DNA of 64,000 nt, from positions 102,610,001-102,674,000 of the forward strand of contig OX597822.1 of assembly GCA_951406725.2 (NCBI GenBank), given 5' to 3'. Both the position numbers and the translations under genes were made by a program. Every line of letters starts with the position of its first letter. Position 1 is the first letter of the stretch. This document shows, piece by piece, positions 28,101 through 42,728 of the stretch. The notes under the pieces were generated by a model, which saw only the letters and a program-made list of their open reading frames with translations, did not search any database and was not told where the DNA came from. This DNA comes from Octopus vulgaris (taxonomy: Eukaryota).

Positions 28101-31100
28101 CTTGTTTTTGTTTCAGACTAAATAAATTTAGATTTATAGATTAGAAGATAATGGCTAGAGACCAAAATACAATCATAGCCTTCCACAAAGGAAGTGAAAG
28201 TAATACAGCTATAGCAAAAAAAAAAGTTTTAAATTAACCAAACAGCAGTCTGAAAAAATTGTCAAGAAATTTTAAGAGACTGATTCCACTGCTGATCAAC
28301 CTGGACATGAACAAAAAAGGAGTGTGTGGACCCCTCAGTTTATCAAAAGTATCAGAGAAAAGATATGGCAAAATTCTTATCATTTCATCAGAAAACTGGC
28401 TCCCACAGCAAAAAATAAGCTGAACATCGATACACCAAGCACTGAAGGAGGATCTCAGGATCCACCCTTACAAGATGATCCACTGTCATGAGCTCACACA
28501 AGTTCATAAGATCATGAAACTGGAGAGAGAAGTCATCTTATCCTGCATCAGATTGTTGAAGGCACGCTGCTCAACCTGGTGTTCACTGATGAAAAAACTG
28601 ATGAAACTTGACTTCGAACAGACAGTAAATCAGGGGAATGACTGACTTTGGAGTGTGTTTAGCTCCATTGAGAGTAGACTGATAAATCAACGTCAAAATC
28701 CACAATCAGTTATGGTTTGGGCATCTGTGACAGCCACTGGACCCGAAATATAACAACATTTTGCTCTGGAAAAATTGAAAAAGCTGGTTGCCTTAATTTT
28801 GGGACACTATATATGTATGTATATATGTATATATATATATAGCGACAGAGAGAGAGATAGAGAGTAATGTTTCAGTTAGACATAGTAATACTAATAACCA
28901 GGCATTAGAACACAATATACATATGCTTCAGAACAAAGTTTAAGTTGGATAAATAGCATTATATGTAATTAAATAAATGACAAAGGAATAGGAAATATAT
29001 GCACACAACACACACACACACCAAAGATAATCAGAATGTAAATGGAAAATTTGTTCAAATAATGTCTCAGTAGAAAATATTGTTTTACCTGTGTAAAATA
29101 TAAGAGTAATAATGTCCTCCACTAGCTTGTCCACTATGGACCACAACCCCAACTAGCTTGTATTTTGTACTTTGCTCTTTATCATCACAGTCAGCATCAA
29201 TAATTTCTCCTGAAATAAAATTTTATTTTGTTTAATTTCAAACAAAGTCTTATCAAATAAATGCAGCCTTACTTACCGGTGACAATACAAATAAAAAAGT
29301 GTTAATTTGTACCTCATTCCCCTAAGCTCTCCCTGCTAATACAAATTGGATAGACTAGAAAATTTCAATAAACCATGTTTTGTAACTACTCCAATGCCAA
29401 ATTTATATTCTCCAGCCTTCTCTCCAGCCTAGTACCTTCCCTACACCCAATACAGGCATACTCCAACTTACATCAGTTATTAGTTCCAAGAGATGCAACT
29501 TAGCTCAAAAAAATGATGTAACATGAAAAAAACATTAAAAAAAATTTATTATCTTATATTTGTTTTAATAAATGATTTATACATATTTTCACATGTTTTT
29601 CATTTGATTTTTCCACTTCAGCATTGGATAAATCAACTGAAGGTGAGATTCGTTTTCCCATTAGTTTCTTTAAAAGCGATATCAAGTTGAAAAAGACCTA
29701 ACACAAAAGGACGTAAGTTGAGGTATGCCTGTAAAAATATTTTAAGATGGTAAAACAGATTGCCTTTAACTTCACATTTTCATTTTCCTCTGTGTGTATA
29801 TATAGCAAGGGCTAACCTTAATTTAACCTTTTCATTACTGTATTTATTTTGAGATGCTCTGTGTTTTTTTCAATTAATCTAAATATAACAAAGAATTTAG
29901 TAAAATAACTTAGTTATCATTAAGTTAGTGTTAGGAACATAAATTGTGACTAAAGTTTGGTGGAAGATTTTAAATGAAAACTTATGAAAACAAGACATTT
30001 GTACTACAGAGCCGGTTTCAGCCGGGTTGGTAACGAAAGGGTTAAAGACCAAAACTAACTTTTTATTATCAAGTCTACATGTTTTGACAAACTAAACTTC
30101 AGCTAAAGTTAGCTTTTGACAAATTTGGAACAAACGGTTTCAGCCATTTTTAAATTCACAAACCATAGATAAACAATCATGAAAATGATGATGATGGTGG
30201 TGACGATGTTAGAAATTGGGGTGGGTAATATCTACATTTGGGTCTCTCCAATTACCATATTCAAATTAAATGTCACTAAATATCACTCTCATATCTGTTG
30301 CTCATCCCACCCCATCCCATCAATATGCTTCCCTACTGTCACTCTTTCCATCCAATACTCACCTAAACATCTCCCTCCCTCTCTCCCATTACTCCCTTCT
30401 ATCACTTTCTCCTTTCCTTCCTTCCTTCCTGCCATTCATGTTTCTATTGAATCTCTTGATCAACATGCCTCATACAACTGATTTTCTCTCTCTCTCTCTC
30501 TCTCTCTCTCCGCTATAACCCTTAAACTCTTCCCATTAATTCTCTTCAATTACCCATTTCCCTCTCTCACTCTGGTCTTCTTTCATTACTATCAACTCTT
30601 AGCTACAGGTGAATAAAGAGAGATAAAAGAGATTACAAAAGACTCATTAGTCCAGCTGGGGACAAAGTAACCTCACTTATGCTGATGCCCTGATAAAAGG
30701 CAATCAGTACACTCATAAAGTGGTTGGCTATAAGAAAGGTAAATAGCCATGGAAAACATCCAGAAATGCAACATACAAGCAAGGTGTGGTCCTTAACTTA
30801 TCTAAAAGAGCAGTAACTTCAAATAATTAATTTAATTCATGACAACCTGCCCTAATCATAAAAAAGATAGAAAAATAGGTTGATGGTAGTGGTGGGTGCA
30901 GTAAAAGATATTTACCTTCAATTTTTGCTAATCCCTGTACAGTATAAGGTTCCATATCAAACTCACGTGGAAACTCAAAGTAGTCATTGAATTTGATTGC
31001 ACATTCTCTGCAATGATAAAAATATTATATAACAATAAGAGGATAAACATTACAGCTGTTCCTTCTTTAAAAAAAAAAAAGCAACTAAATAAAATAAAAA

Positions 31101-34100
31101 AAAAAACGATTACACAAAGGCTAGAACTTACCGTTCCCAGTCATAATCAAATCTCTTGAGCTGGATAGCCAAAATTTTTGGCAATTTATTTATCACGAGC
31201 CTTTTAACAGTGTCTACCTGAAAAAAAGCCAATACAAAACCACATGTTAATACAATCCCAGCAACATGGTTAGAGTAGATTAACACTTTAGTAACCATAT
31301 TTCTGTTGAAATTCCCTGTCTTTTTTCAATCAATTTTGAAAATAATTAAGTATTTAATAAAATAACTATCATAATTATACAGAGGTTTGGAACAAATTTA
31401 ACATGAAATTTTGCTGAAAGGTTTTAATTTAAATCACTTTAAAACAAGAAGTTGCTTAAACAACCAAGGCCAGTCTTGGGTGGGTTGGTATCAAAAGGGT
31501 CAAAAGGTGAAATAGTATCAGTTATTTTACCTCAAAGTTCAAGCAAGGTTATTCAACAATTTACATCATTTAGAAACATCAATGAGGTTCTTTTTGAAAC
31601 TGAACTCTTTGCCTGTCCTAAGTATCATGTGTGATGCACAGGAGATATTTTCCTGGTGCTTATGCATTGTGTATAATATACACATTCCCATTTTTTTTTT
31701 AACCACCAGAGTAACTTGGGGCTTATGAAAGTAAAGCTTTATATTATTCAGAACATAAACAATGGCTAACTAAAAGTCTGAAAATAAGCACAGACATTTA
31801 GGGCAAACATATGTAAATGCTTTGGACAGGCAAAGAGTTCATTTCAAAACAATGAACAACAATGTGAAGTCTTTAACAATTTTGCTTTAGTGAAAATCTT
31901 AATTGCAATAATTTTACCCCTCTAATTTAGTGTTTCTTCCATGTTGTACAAGTGTGAATGTGCAATGTGAATATTTTAGGAAATTACACACAAAAAAAAT
32001 GTAACTATGTACAACAATGGAGGTGCAGTATTTGGTTAAAAGGGTTTGATTCTTAGGCTGAAGATGATAAATTTGTGAAGTTGGCATTTTTCGTCATCAA
32101 TTTTTTTTTTTTTAAATCTTAGAGTAGGAAGGACAATACCAGTAGTAAGCTTGAGGCTATGATAGAAGACATTTGCATACGGTACCACAACAGGACCAAC
32201 CCCTAAACTGTGTTGCTATGAGACAAATTTCTTAACCACAAATATTTACAGGAAGTATGCAAAATTATGTCAGAAGTATTTACTATAATCAAGTTAACAT
32301 GCGATCGAGATTTCAGTGTATATTTGCATATGATAACATTTTCAGAGACAAAAGCTTGATAACATCGTTCTTATTAGAAAGGGACAAAACTCAAAAGTAA
32401 TGAGATTTTGTTTACCAAAACTGAAAAAAGAAAATCAAAAGATTTTTGAAAAAATACAATATATTTTTAAAGTGAGAAATTGCCAACATACCTTTTTATT
32501 ACATTTTTCACAGTGATATGCATTTGCCCCTTCTAAAAGATCACCTTTTACATACTGCTCTAAAGATTCAAGTAAATTTTGATGATTTCGAATATCTACA
32601 TTTAGAGTTGTAAAAGTTTCTTCTCTTTGATATCTGAAGAAAATTCACATTTGAAAGAAAATTTTAGCAACAAGTTATATCAAAAGCAAGTTATGATTAA
32701 ATGTTGGTATATATGTCATATCATGAAGTAAAATCCAATTCTTGCCCTATATCTCATATAAAACAATGCTTACACACAACTTTCTTAAAAGTAAACAGTT
32801 AAGAAAATAAGTAGTTACATTGAAATTTTAAAATTCAATGGACTGTATACAACATATCATCATCATTTAACATCTAGTATGTTTTCTCTATGATGGGTAC
32901 ATGTTGGATGGCTTGAGTGGTGCTGGCAAAGCCAGGGTTAGGGTAAAGCCAGGGGCTGCACCAGGTTCCATAATATGTTTTGGCATGGTTTCTACAGTTG
33001 AATGCTCTTCCTAACGCCAACCACTTTACAATGTACTGGGTGCTTTTTACGTGGCCCCAGGGCATTTTACATAGCAGCAACATTGGTGTTTTTTTACATG
33101 GTACCAAGAGTCAATATTGGTTTCTGTCAATAAAACTCAAAGCCACATACTTTTAAGTGTGACAAAATGAACTGCCATAATACTCATGATTTTTCTAAAA
33201 GGTATTAACAACTAAAGGGAAATGAAAACACTTCTGCTGGCAATCAGAACTGGATGGTGGACTCAGTTCTGTCAGTGCAATAAAAACAGTTAATAAAATG
33301 CTCTAAAAACTACAATAAAAAAAAAAAATCAAATGTGCTTTAACCTACATTTAGTTCTGCTTTAAATAAAGAAAACATTCAACACTTACCTATGTGGACA
33401 ATCTTTGCAAATTTTTTGGTCAGCGAATGACCCTCCCAGAACTTTACTGAGAATCATAGTCTGACCAAGTTCTTTAAGAGCTTCATCTAAACTATCTACA
33501 AGACTGTTGAAGAATTCTAATGCATCATGTTGTTCTCTCAAGTTCACCGGTTCTCCCCATAACCTGAAATTATAAAGTTTAGGATTGGAAATAAATTGAT
33601 ATTCAATAAAATTTTAAAAACTTAAACTTAATTTTTTAAAAAGGTTTACTTTTCAGGTAATTTCTATAAATAATGAAACAGGACCGACGTGAGGAAATAG
33701 TCTTTTTTAAAAGCAATAATGTAATATCTATCAAAACACCAATTAGAAACAGAGAGAGAGAGAGAGAGAGAGAGTGTGTGTGTGTGTGGGTCTATCTTTT
33801 ACCTTTTATTTGTTTTAGTCATTAGACTGTGGCCGTGTTGGGCACTACCTTAAAGAATTTTAGTCAAATCAGCTCCAGTATTTGACTTTTTAAGCCTGGT
33901 ACTTATTCTATCAATCTGTTTAGTCAAACCACTAAGTTACAGAGATGTAAACACACCAAACACTATATATATGATGGACTTCTTTCAGTTTCTGTCTACC
34001 AAATCCACTCACAAGGCTTTGGTTCGCCCAAGATGACAGTAGAAGACACTGAAGGATACAACAATGCAAAGTGCATTGTGACCAGTGATGTGTAACAACA

Positions 34101-37100
34101 TCTGATAGTCTGGTTAGTCACGTGATCACATAATATATATAAAACTTGGAAGTAAAACATTTAAAATGTTATATACTTGGGGGCCAGCTAGTTATACAGT
34201 ATTTTTATTCTGTAATCTAGATAATGGTCCACATAAATATATTCGTTTGGCTCTTATTTCTTTTATTGCCCACAAGGGGCTAAACATAGCGGGGACAAAC
34301 AAGGACAGACAAAGGGATTAAGTCGATTACATCAACCCCAGTGTGTAACTGGTACTTAATTTATCGACCCCAAAAGGATGAACGGCAAAGTCGACCTCGG
34401 CGGAATTTGAACTCACAACGTAACAGCAGATGAAATACCGCTAAGCATTTCGCCCAGCATGCTAACGTTTCTGCCATAACATTTTTTTAAAATGAAAGTA
34501 AAAAAATTTACTTCAAATTCTCTGCTACTTACTTGAAGTGTTTCCAGAAGCCTCTGGGTACATAATACTGCAGCTTGCTACAAGCCAAATGACCAAAGAT
34601 CAACTGGACATGTTTCATCACACCCAGATTGTAATCTTTCCTTTCACCTTGTTTATTGGAACTCTTTTCTTCATCCTTCCGTTCTTCATCACCAAGATCA
34701 ACATTTGTCTAAGAAAAGGAAGGGAGAAACAAAAGAAAATTCCTTATTTAGTAATTATATTAAGAATGAACAAACTGAAAATGGAAAAAGATGGTTCTAT
34801 TATTGAGTCAACAATCAACTGTATGTAACAAAGATATCTTTACTAAATACTTGTTCAACTATAAATACAAGACTTGCAGGTTCTCATCACGTATAATCAT
34901 GTGTATTTACGACCATTTGCCAATGTTGGACCACTGAACTCTACAAGTTTTTTCTTTTTTTTCATTCTCTCTCTGTTTATTTTCTCTTATTCCTTTCTGG
35001 TGAAGAGCATAGGCTCGAAACATAAAAGACATTTTCATTTTACCTAAGTGTCAAACTGTTACACTTGCTTGTTGTTCATACACCTGTCTTCGTCTTTTGT
35101 TTTTCTATAAATTTCAACTATATTTATGACCATCATTGTAACATTCATTAAGCTATGTTGGCATGGGTTGGATGAACCTGCAACACATTTCTTTACGCAT
35201 TCCACTTTTGAAAAACTCAACATTCTCAGCTATGATCCATGTTACATAATACCAAGTATTAGATATTTTACTTTTATAAAGGGTAGTGTTAGAAATTTAG
35301 TTTTTTGTTTTTCTTTGATATTTATCCAAACTAGAATGAGTTAGCATGAAATTACTGAAAGAATAAATTTTACAAATAACTGCACTTCCTAATGTCATTC
35401 ATTTGACCACACAATAAAAACAAATTCTATTTATGTTAGTTTTACCAAGAACTAAAAGTATGCAGCATATTTCAAGTATAGGAACACATTTTGCATTTGG
35501 CCATGTTTTCACAAGATTATTACTAAATAAATATTCGATAAATATTTATTTTTCCTGAAGTAATTCTGTCAGTATATTTCCAAATGAATTTATTACATCA
35601 TCCAAAATTTTAATCATTTAATTTCACAGCATACATCTCCCTTTTACTTTTACTGTCAATTCACAACGGTAAAGAACAGCGAGTGACCCGTTGTTCTTGA
35701 GGGGACCTATTCAGTCAAGTACGTCAACACCAACATCAAAACAAAAATCAAATGGAAATTGTAGTTGTGATACCCATGCCGGTGACACATAAAAATCACT
35801 GACCGAACGTGGCTGATGCCAGCGCTGCCTCACTGGCGTCCGTGTCGGTGACACGTAAAAGCACCAGCTGATCGTGGCTGTTTGCCAGCCTCCTCTGGCC
35901 CCTGTGCTGGTGGCATGTAAAAAGCAGCCACTACACCCACGGAGTGGTTGGCGTTAGGAAGGGCATCCAGCTGTAGAAACACTGCCAGATCAGACTGGAG
36001 CCTGGTGCAGCCTCTTGGCTTCCCAGACCCAGGTCGAACCATCCAACCCATGCTAGCATGGAAAACGGACGTTAAACGATGATGATGATGAAAGAATATC
36101 ACTACCTGTCAAATCTTATAACAATACTGAATTTAAGTCAGTATAATACTGGTATGTATTATATCCTGAGAAGATGATACTAAAGTTGTCACTGGTAACC
36201 TATCAAGCATAGCATTGTAGTATTTTCATCTTTCAAATTACATCTTCAGTTTATAGTCAAGGCAGTGATTTTTAAAAAATATTTAGAAGGAAATTATCTT
36301 AACATGATCATTTAAGTCATCATCATCATTATCTTTCAATGTCCATCTTCCATGCTAGCATGAGTTGGATAGTTTGACAGGATCTAATGGGTATGAGGAT
36401 TGTATTGTGCCCCAGGTTAGCTTTGGTATGGTTCCTACAGCTGGATGCCCTTTCTAATGCCAACCAATTTACAGTATGTACAGGGTGCTTCGTTTGTGGC
36501 ATCAGCGCTAGTGAGGCTGCCATACAGCCTGCAGAACTAAGATGCCTTTGACTGAGTGGAACTATAGAAGTGAATGAGGGAAGCTCTAAGATAGGAGGTG
36601 AGAAATTAAAGTATGCGGGTTATATAACCATTCACATTATTGAAGAGAGGGCAAGAGTAACTGGGATGCAGCTAGAAAGGAAGAGCATTTTTTATTTCAC
36701 TAATTATTACATGATTTTCAGCAGAATTATGAACAAAGTTAAAGTTACCATGCTTTGGACAGTCTTCATACTCTTTGAAAATACATTAATATGGACAATA
36801 ATAGAAACTAATGAAAACTGAACTGTATATATTTGTAGGACAACATGTTGAAGAAGAATCCATTACTAAATATAAGTGAACACAAAAATATTTTACCTCA
36901 TTCTCCCCCTTCTCGTCTCCTATATATTCATCCTCGATGTCGTCTGCTGCTCCTTCCACAGCAAGTATTCCATGACGAATCTGTTCAATCATGAAGAGCT
37001 GAAAAGAAGAAATTTTAGAAAATATTATTTCATCTAAAAGTGGTGCCGAGGGGAAAAAAATACTCAGATTCAATCCACCAAGTTAAAACTGAATTGCTTA

Positions 37101-40100
37101 AAAAAATTATTTTCTTGGTTTAAGATTTATTGTAATTTTAAGCCAATATTTTCATTAAGAATAAAAACTCAACCTAACATAACATTTTCACAACTGCAGA
37201 TAAGAATCCCTTATTTGAAAAACAGATAAGAGTTGGTGACAGGAAGAGCATCCTGCTTCAAATAACTCCCCCTCTAATGCATTCTAGCATGGAAAAAAAA
37301 TGGATGTTAAAACAATCTTTAATCAAATAATAAAAATAAAATATATTTATAAAATATGTAAAAAGCGACAAAGCTTTTGTTTATTCATTACAATTTTACT
37401 AAAAAACTTATCCTTAATAGAAAAGGAAAAATATATAGGATACAAATCTTCATTGAATAGAGAGTTTGTTTTCCATTGTTTTCAAGCTAGATGAGACATT
37501 ACATGGGATTTTGTTAAAAAAAAAAAAGTCTTTAAAATTTAATCAAGTGTTGGCTAACCTGTTGTAAAACAGAATTCATATAACATGTAGCACCAGCATT
37601 CTTAAGGCCAACAAAACCTTTAGGAGGTCTTGGACCCACAGGGGGTACAAACTCCCATTCCACTAGAGGTAATTCTGAAAAAGTGAACATTTCATCTGGA
37701 AAATAAAAAATTTTTTAAAAAGTTAATTTTTTTTTCTCAGACTAAAGGAAGAAGCACAAAGCATTATAACTTTCATGTCAACAATGATTATATAAGATGA
37801 CCTCTAAATAGTTTTTGAAATACAATTATTCTCAGTAAATTTACACTGTAGGATAATGAAGAAATCAGCAAAATTAAATACTGAATATTAACCCTTTTGA
37901 TGCCAACCTACAAGAGACTGCCCCAGGTTCTTTAATACAAATTTCTTGTTTTAAAATGATTTTGAGCTAAAAATCTTTCATCAAAATTTAATGCTAATTT
38001 ACGTTCCAATCACCAATGTCGTAATGACAAAATTATTTTATTAAATTCATTATTTTCAAAATTAATTGAAACAAAGCAGTGTACTTGAACAGAAATATGG
38101 TTAACAAAAGGGTTAATGAAAAAAATGATTTAGCTATTTGAAAAAAAAAAAAAAACAACTATTCATTGTAAATTGTTTGATGACAGATAAAAAATAACAT
38201 CCAGCCACGTAAACCTAGCTCCCAACCCTTAACAAAAATTTTACATACACAATAACAAAGATTGCTGCTTTCTCTTTTGGACAGGTGGGTGAGGCTTCTC
38301 TCTCACAACTTAAAAAACAAAATTCACTGTGACTGAGTTACAATTCCTCAGTCACATTATTTAGGGAAAATACTAAAATGCCCCTCACAGACTGTAAGCC
38401 ACTATCTGGGTTTCCTGTGCCTGGAAATTTCAAGGAATTTGAGCATTTCATTGGGCTAATAGCTGATGTCTGCTTTGACATGGTTTCTATATCTAGATGC
38501 CCTTCCTAATGCCGAACACTTTACATCATGTACTGGGTGTTTTTTTCGTGCCACCAGCACTACTGAGGTTACTGTGCAGCTTGCAAGACTACAAAGGAAA
38601 TGCAGATGGCTTTATGCTAGGGCTAAAGTGTGAGAGAGGAAGGGGAAGAGCAGGTTCTTTGAAGGAGTTGCATGGCTATTCACATTTAGTAGGTGAGGGA
38701 GAGAATGATCATAGGTGTTAAATAAAATACAAGACACATTTCATCATCATCATCATTTAGCGTCCGCTTACCATGCTAGCATGGATTGGCCGGTTCAACT
38801 GGGGTCTGGGAAGCCAGAAGGCTGTACCAGGCCCAGTCTGATCTGGCAGTGTTTCTACGGCTGGATGCCCTTCTTAACACCAACCACTCCATGAGTGTAG
38901 TGGGATTATAAAATGGAGCACATGTTTGTAGCAGAGAATGGAACCACAGATGCTATTTTGCTGGTGAATGAACTGTCAGTGAAATACTATTTTACAATTG
39001 TTAACCTAAACGAGGATTTTGACAGGATCCTATGATCACTAGTCTAGCTGGCAACCAAGCAGTTCAAAAAAACATGTTTAGATTATAATAAAAGCATTAA
39101 AAACAGAGTAAGATCAACAATGTACCCACCAATTTGTCTACCAAACTACACTCTCAATCATCTTTTTATACATGTACTCAAAAAGTTCAAGACTATAGTG
39201 CACCTACCTATTTCTTTCCTACCCACAAGGGGCTAAACATAGAGGGGACAAACAAGGACAGACAAATGGATTAAGTCGATTACATCGACCCCAGTGCGTA
39301 ACTGGTACTTAATTTATCAACCTCAAAAGGATGAAAGGCAAAGTCGACCTCGGCGGAATTTGAACTCGGGACATAACGGCAGACGAAACACCACTAAGCA
39401 TTTCGCGCGGCATGCTAACGTTTCTGCCATTCCCATCTTAGAAGCACAGAAAGAATTGCACATGAAGTTTTTAAAATTAACACAAACGAATGACCTAAAG
39501 TTTAAATATGACCAAAATTAAGATATTAATTAAAGACATATGCCATGTAAGAGTAACAACACCAGAGAAAGACCTAGCTCAGTATGGAGATGGGATAATC
39601 ATGTTAGAATTTTTTTCAAAAGTTTAAAAAATACCAACCTGTGTAAAACATGTCTATTAGCATATTGGCCAAACACTTGAGGTTTTTCACACAGCGTGTA
39701 CATAAGGAAACTAACAAATCAAATGCTGCCGTAACAGTGGCTGGAGTGGTGCATACAGGAACAGCTTGCTCTGGTGGAAAGTCATTGAGTTTTCGACATT
39801 GAACTACAATCTTAGAAGCGGGAAAGATGAAATCCTCTACTAATTCCTGAAAATAGCATATGAAGAAAATTTACTCATTCATGAATTTCTTTATTTTAGT
39901 GCAACATGGTAAAAGCAGCAGAAATTGCCAAAAATCAATAACAAAAGGAATGTGGACACATACTCTGATGAGATCTAAACCTCCTTTTTCTGCACCAATG
40001 TGAAATTTCTTGTCTGGAGTCTGGAATGAGAGAAGTTCTCTGGTAATTCCCAAATGTCCTTCCAACAATGCATTATCAACTCTGATGTTAAGTTAAGAAA

Positions 40101-42682
40101 TTTACCCTTGTCACAGGTAGTAAGAAATCAATCAGCTGTGGTTTCACAATCAAGATACAACTGAGATCAAGTCAAAACATACTATGGACACATTTTTCAA
40201 TTATTAACCCTTTTGTTACCGCATTTCTGTTGAGATGTTCTGTGTTTCTTTCAATTATTTTAAATACAACAAAGAGTTTAGTAAAATAACTTCGTTATCA
40301 TTAAGCTGGTGTTAGGAACATAAATTGTGACTAAGGTTTGGTGGAAGATTATAATTCAGAACTTATGAAAACAAGACATTTGTACGACAGAGCCACAGGC
40401 GGTTTCAGCCGGGTTGGTAACGAAAGGGTTAAAAGAAACATTTCAAAAAGGAGTTGACTTTTAAAAGAGGGAACTAACAAGAATATCCTTCATTACTTTA
40501 ATAATTAGCATTAAATTTTGTCTCTTTTTAGCTTTATTCCCAACTCTTACACCAACAACAACACTGAACACCTTTTTGATCTCCATGTGTCCAACACACG
40601 TGGACATGCCTACAAAGTCAGAAAGCAACACAGCTCCCATGACTTTCGGAAACATTTCTTCACGCTCAGAGTTGCTGAAGCATGGAACAAACTGCCTGCG
40701 TCAGTTGTTGACTGCCATGACACTGCATCCTTTAAGGCCCTCATGCTTTACGAAATCTGTCGAAACTACACCCGATTATATATGCACTTTAGATGAGTTG
40801 TAGTGCACCTGAGCACTGTACACAATGTTTTATTATTATTATTATTATTATTATTATAAAGTTTAATTAGAATGCAAACATTTTCTAACGTTATAGTATT
40901 GTAATCCCCAAAACGGGAGTATACATTAGCTAACATTTTCTAACGTTTTGAACGTTAGGAAGGGCATCCAGCCGTTAGGAAGGGCATCCAGCTGTAGAAA
41001 CACTGCCAGATCTGACTGGCCTGGTGCAGCCTTCGGGCTTGCCAGACCCCAGTTGAACCGTCCAACCCATGCTAGCATGGAAAGCAGACGCTAAACGATG
41101 ATGATGTATAAATGGTAATAATATGTAATTTCACCCTGATTCAAATTATCCTAGCAGGTTTATGCAGTAAAACCAAGGTATGGTGCCTATTTCAAAAATT
41201 ACCGTAACAATCAAAATGTTATGACTATTTTATTGACATCATCCACAATTTTTCCTGTACTTTTATCACCAAATCAAAATCTACAAACAGTCAGTAATTA
41301 TTTGTTAGTATCTGATTCCTTCCATGGGTTTGGACAGAAATTTTTCTGAGTTAGAATTTTACAGTCAAATGCTCTTCCTGTTACCAACCCTTACATGTTT
41401 TTGAAGTAAGGAATGTGTTTATCTCATGTCAAGTAAAGTATATATAAAATAGTAATAAAGATGAAATGAATGGATAATTTGGATATTACTATACATATTT
41501 CAGTAGCAAAAGTTTATTAACACATCATACCATATGATTTGGTATGCAGTAACGTGTGAAATTATATAAGATTATGCAGTAACAGGTTTCCTTAACATTG
41601 AAGGCAATACTTCATTAGGGGTTTATTAGGTGATTATGTACCAACGAAATTATGGTAGCATAAGAAATTTTCAAATAAAGGATAATTAAATATATAATTT
41701 GATTCATTTAGAGACAGTAGTGCTTGCGTAGAGCCAGTAACCAATCAAAATCATAAACTTCACATGCAAACCAAATTCATTATTTTCAACAAAAAAGACA
41801 AAGCAAAAATTGAGTGTTTAAGGTAGTTTACATAAAGCTAATGTATACTCCCGTTTTGGGGATTACAATACTATAATCCCATCAAAGCATTTCACCTAAT
41901 GAACCTCTAATGGAGTATTACCTGACAAAGTCGCATTAAGTAAACATTATTATGTAATCTTATATTAATGTATGCCAAACTGTATGATGCAATGTGTTAA
42001 TAATAAATATTTGCTATTGAAACACAGACAGTAGCACCCAAATTATCCATTAGTTTCATCTTTATCACTGTAATTACACTGCATTAAACACACCAGTAAA
42101 TCTTGGATACTTTTGGATTTGCAGAATACTGGATACCAGTGAAATATCCTTTCAGCTTAACCACTAATCTGAATGCTTTATTGACCTAAGTTTTTCGAGT
42201 TATTCTGTTTAGCTAAAACTGGCAGTGTGCTTCACTGTTGATTTGCCTTGATCTGTCTAAATGATCCTTTTATCTTTTACTATACCTATATATATATATA
42301 TATAAAGCTGAAGTTGTCTGTGTATGGCAGGTTTGGTAGCCTTCAACTAACACAATCTCCTCCAAGACCCTGCGGCGCAAGTTGACCAAAATTGAGAGTA
42401 TGATAGAAGAAGGCTTGCTCTTCCTTCCATAGAAGAAAGAATTCAAATCAGACCATGTTAAGACCAAAAATTATTTACATTAAAAAGGTGCCTTTTTTCT
42501 ATGAAAACCCCTTTTTTACAATTTTTTTACTGCTGTGTTGCCATTTTTCGGTGTATTTCAACCAGAAAAATGTCCACTTAAAGAGAATAACAAGCTACAT
42601 AATGCAAAATTTTTACTTATCAAAAATTCTAATTCTAAAGGGTCAAAAAGAAAACAAGCCCAAGCAACGCTGGGCTATGCTA

Positions 42683-42728
<46 letters not shown>

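Noticed and set aside
30179-30518. Pro/Ser/Leu-rich ORFs
   Set aside because: Pyrimidine-rich low-complexity sequence ending in a (CT)n microsatellite.
41135-41150. Candidate micro-exon DNLNQ (TAG...G|GTGAA) for the missing USP9X segment
   Set aside because: It is 16 nt and ends in phase 1, which does not fit the phase-2 CAG acceptor at 40082-40083 without invoking a rare GAG acceptor.
42137-42168. Candidate micro-exon before a GTATCC (U12-like) donor
   Set aside because: The length fits (3n+2) but it contains an in-frame TAA.
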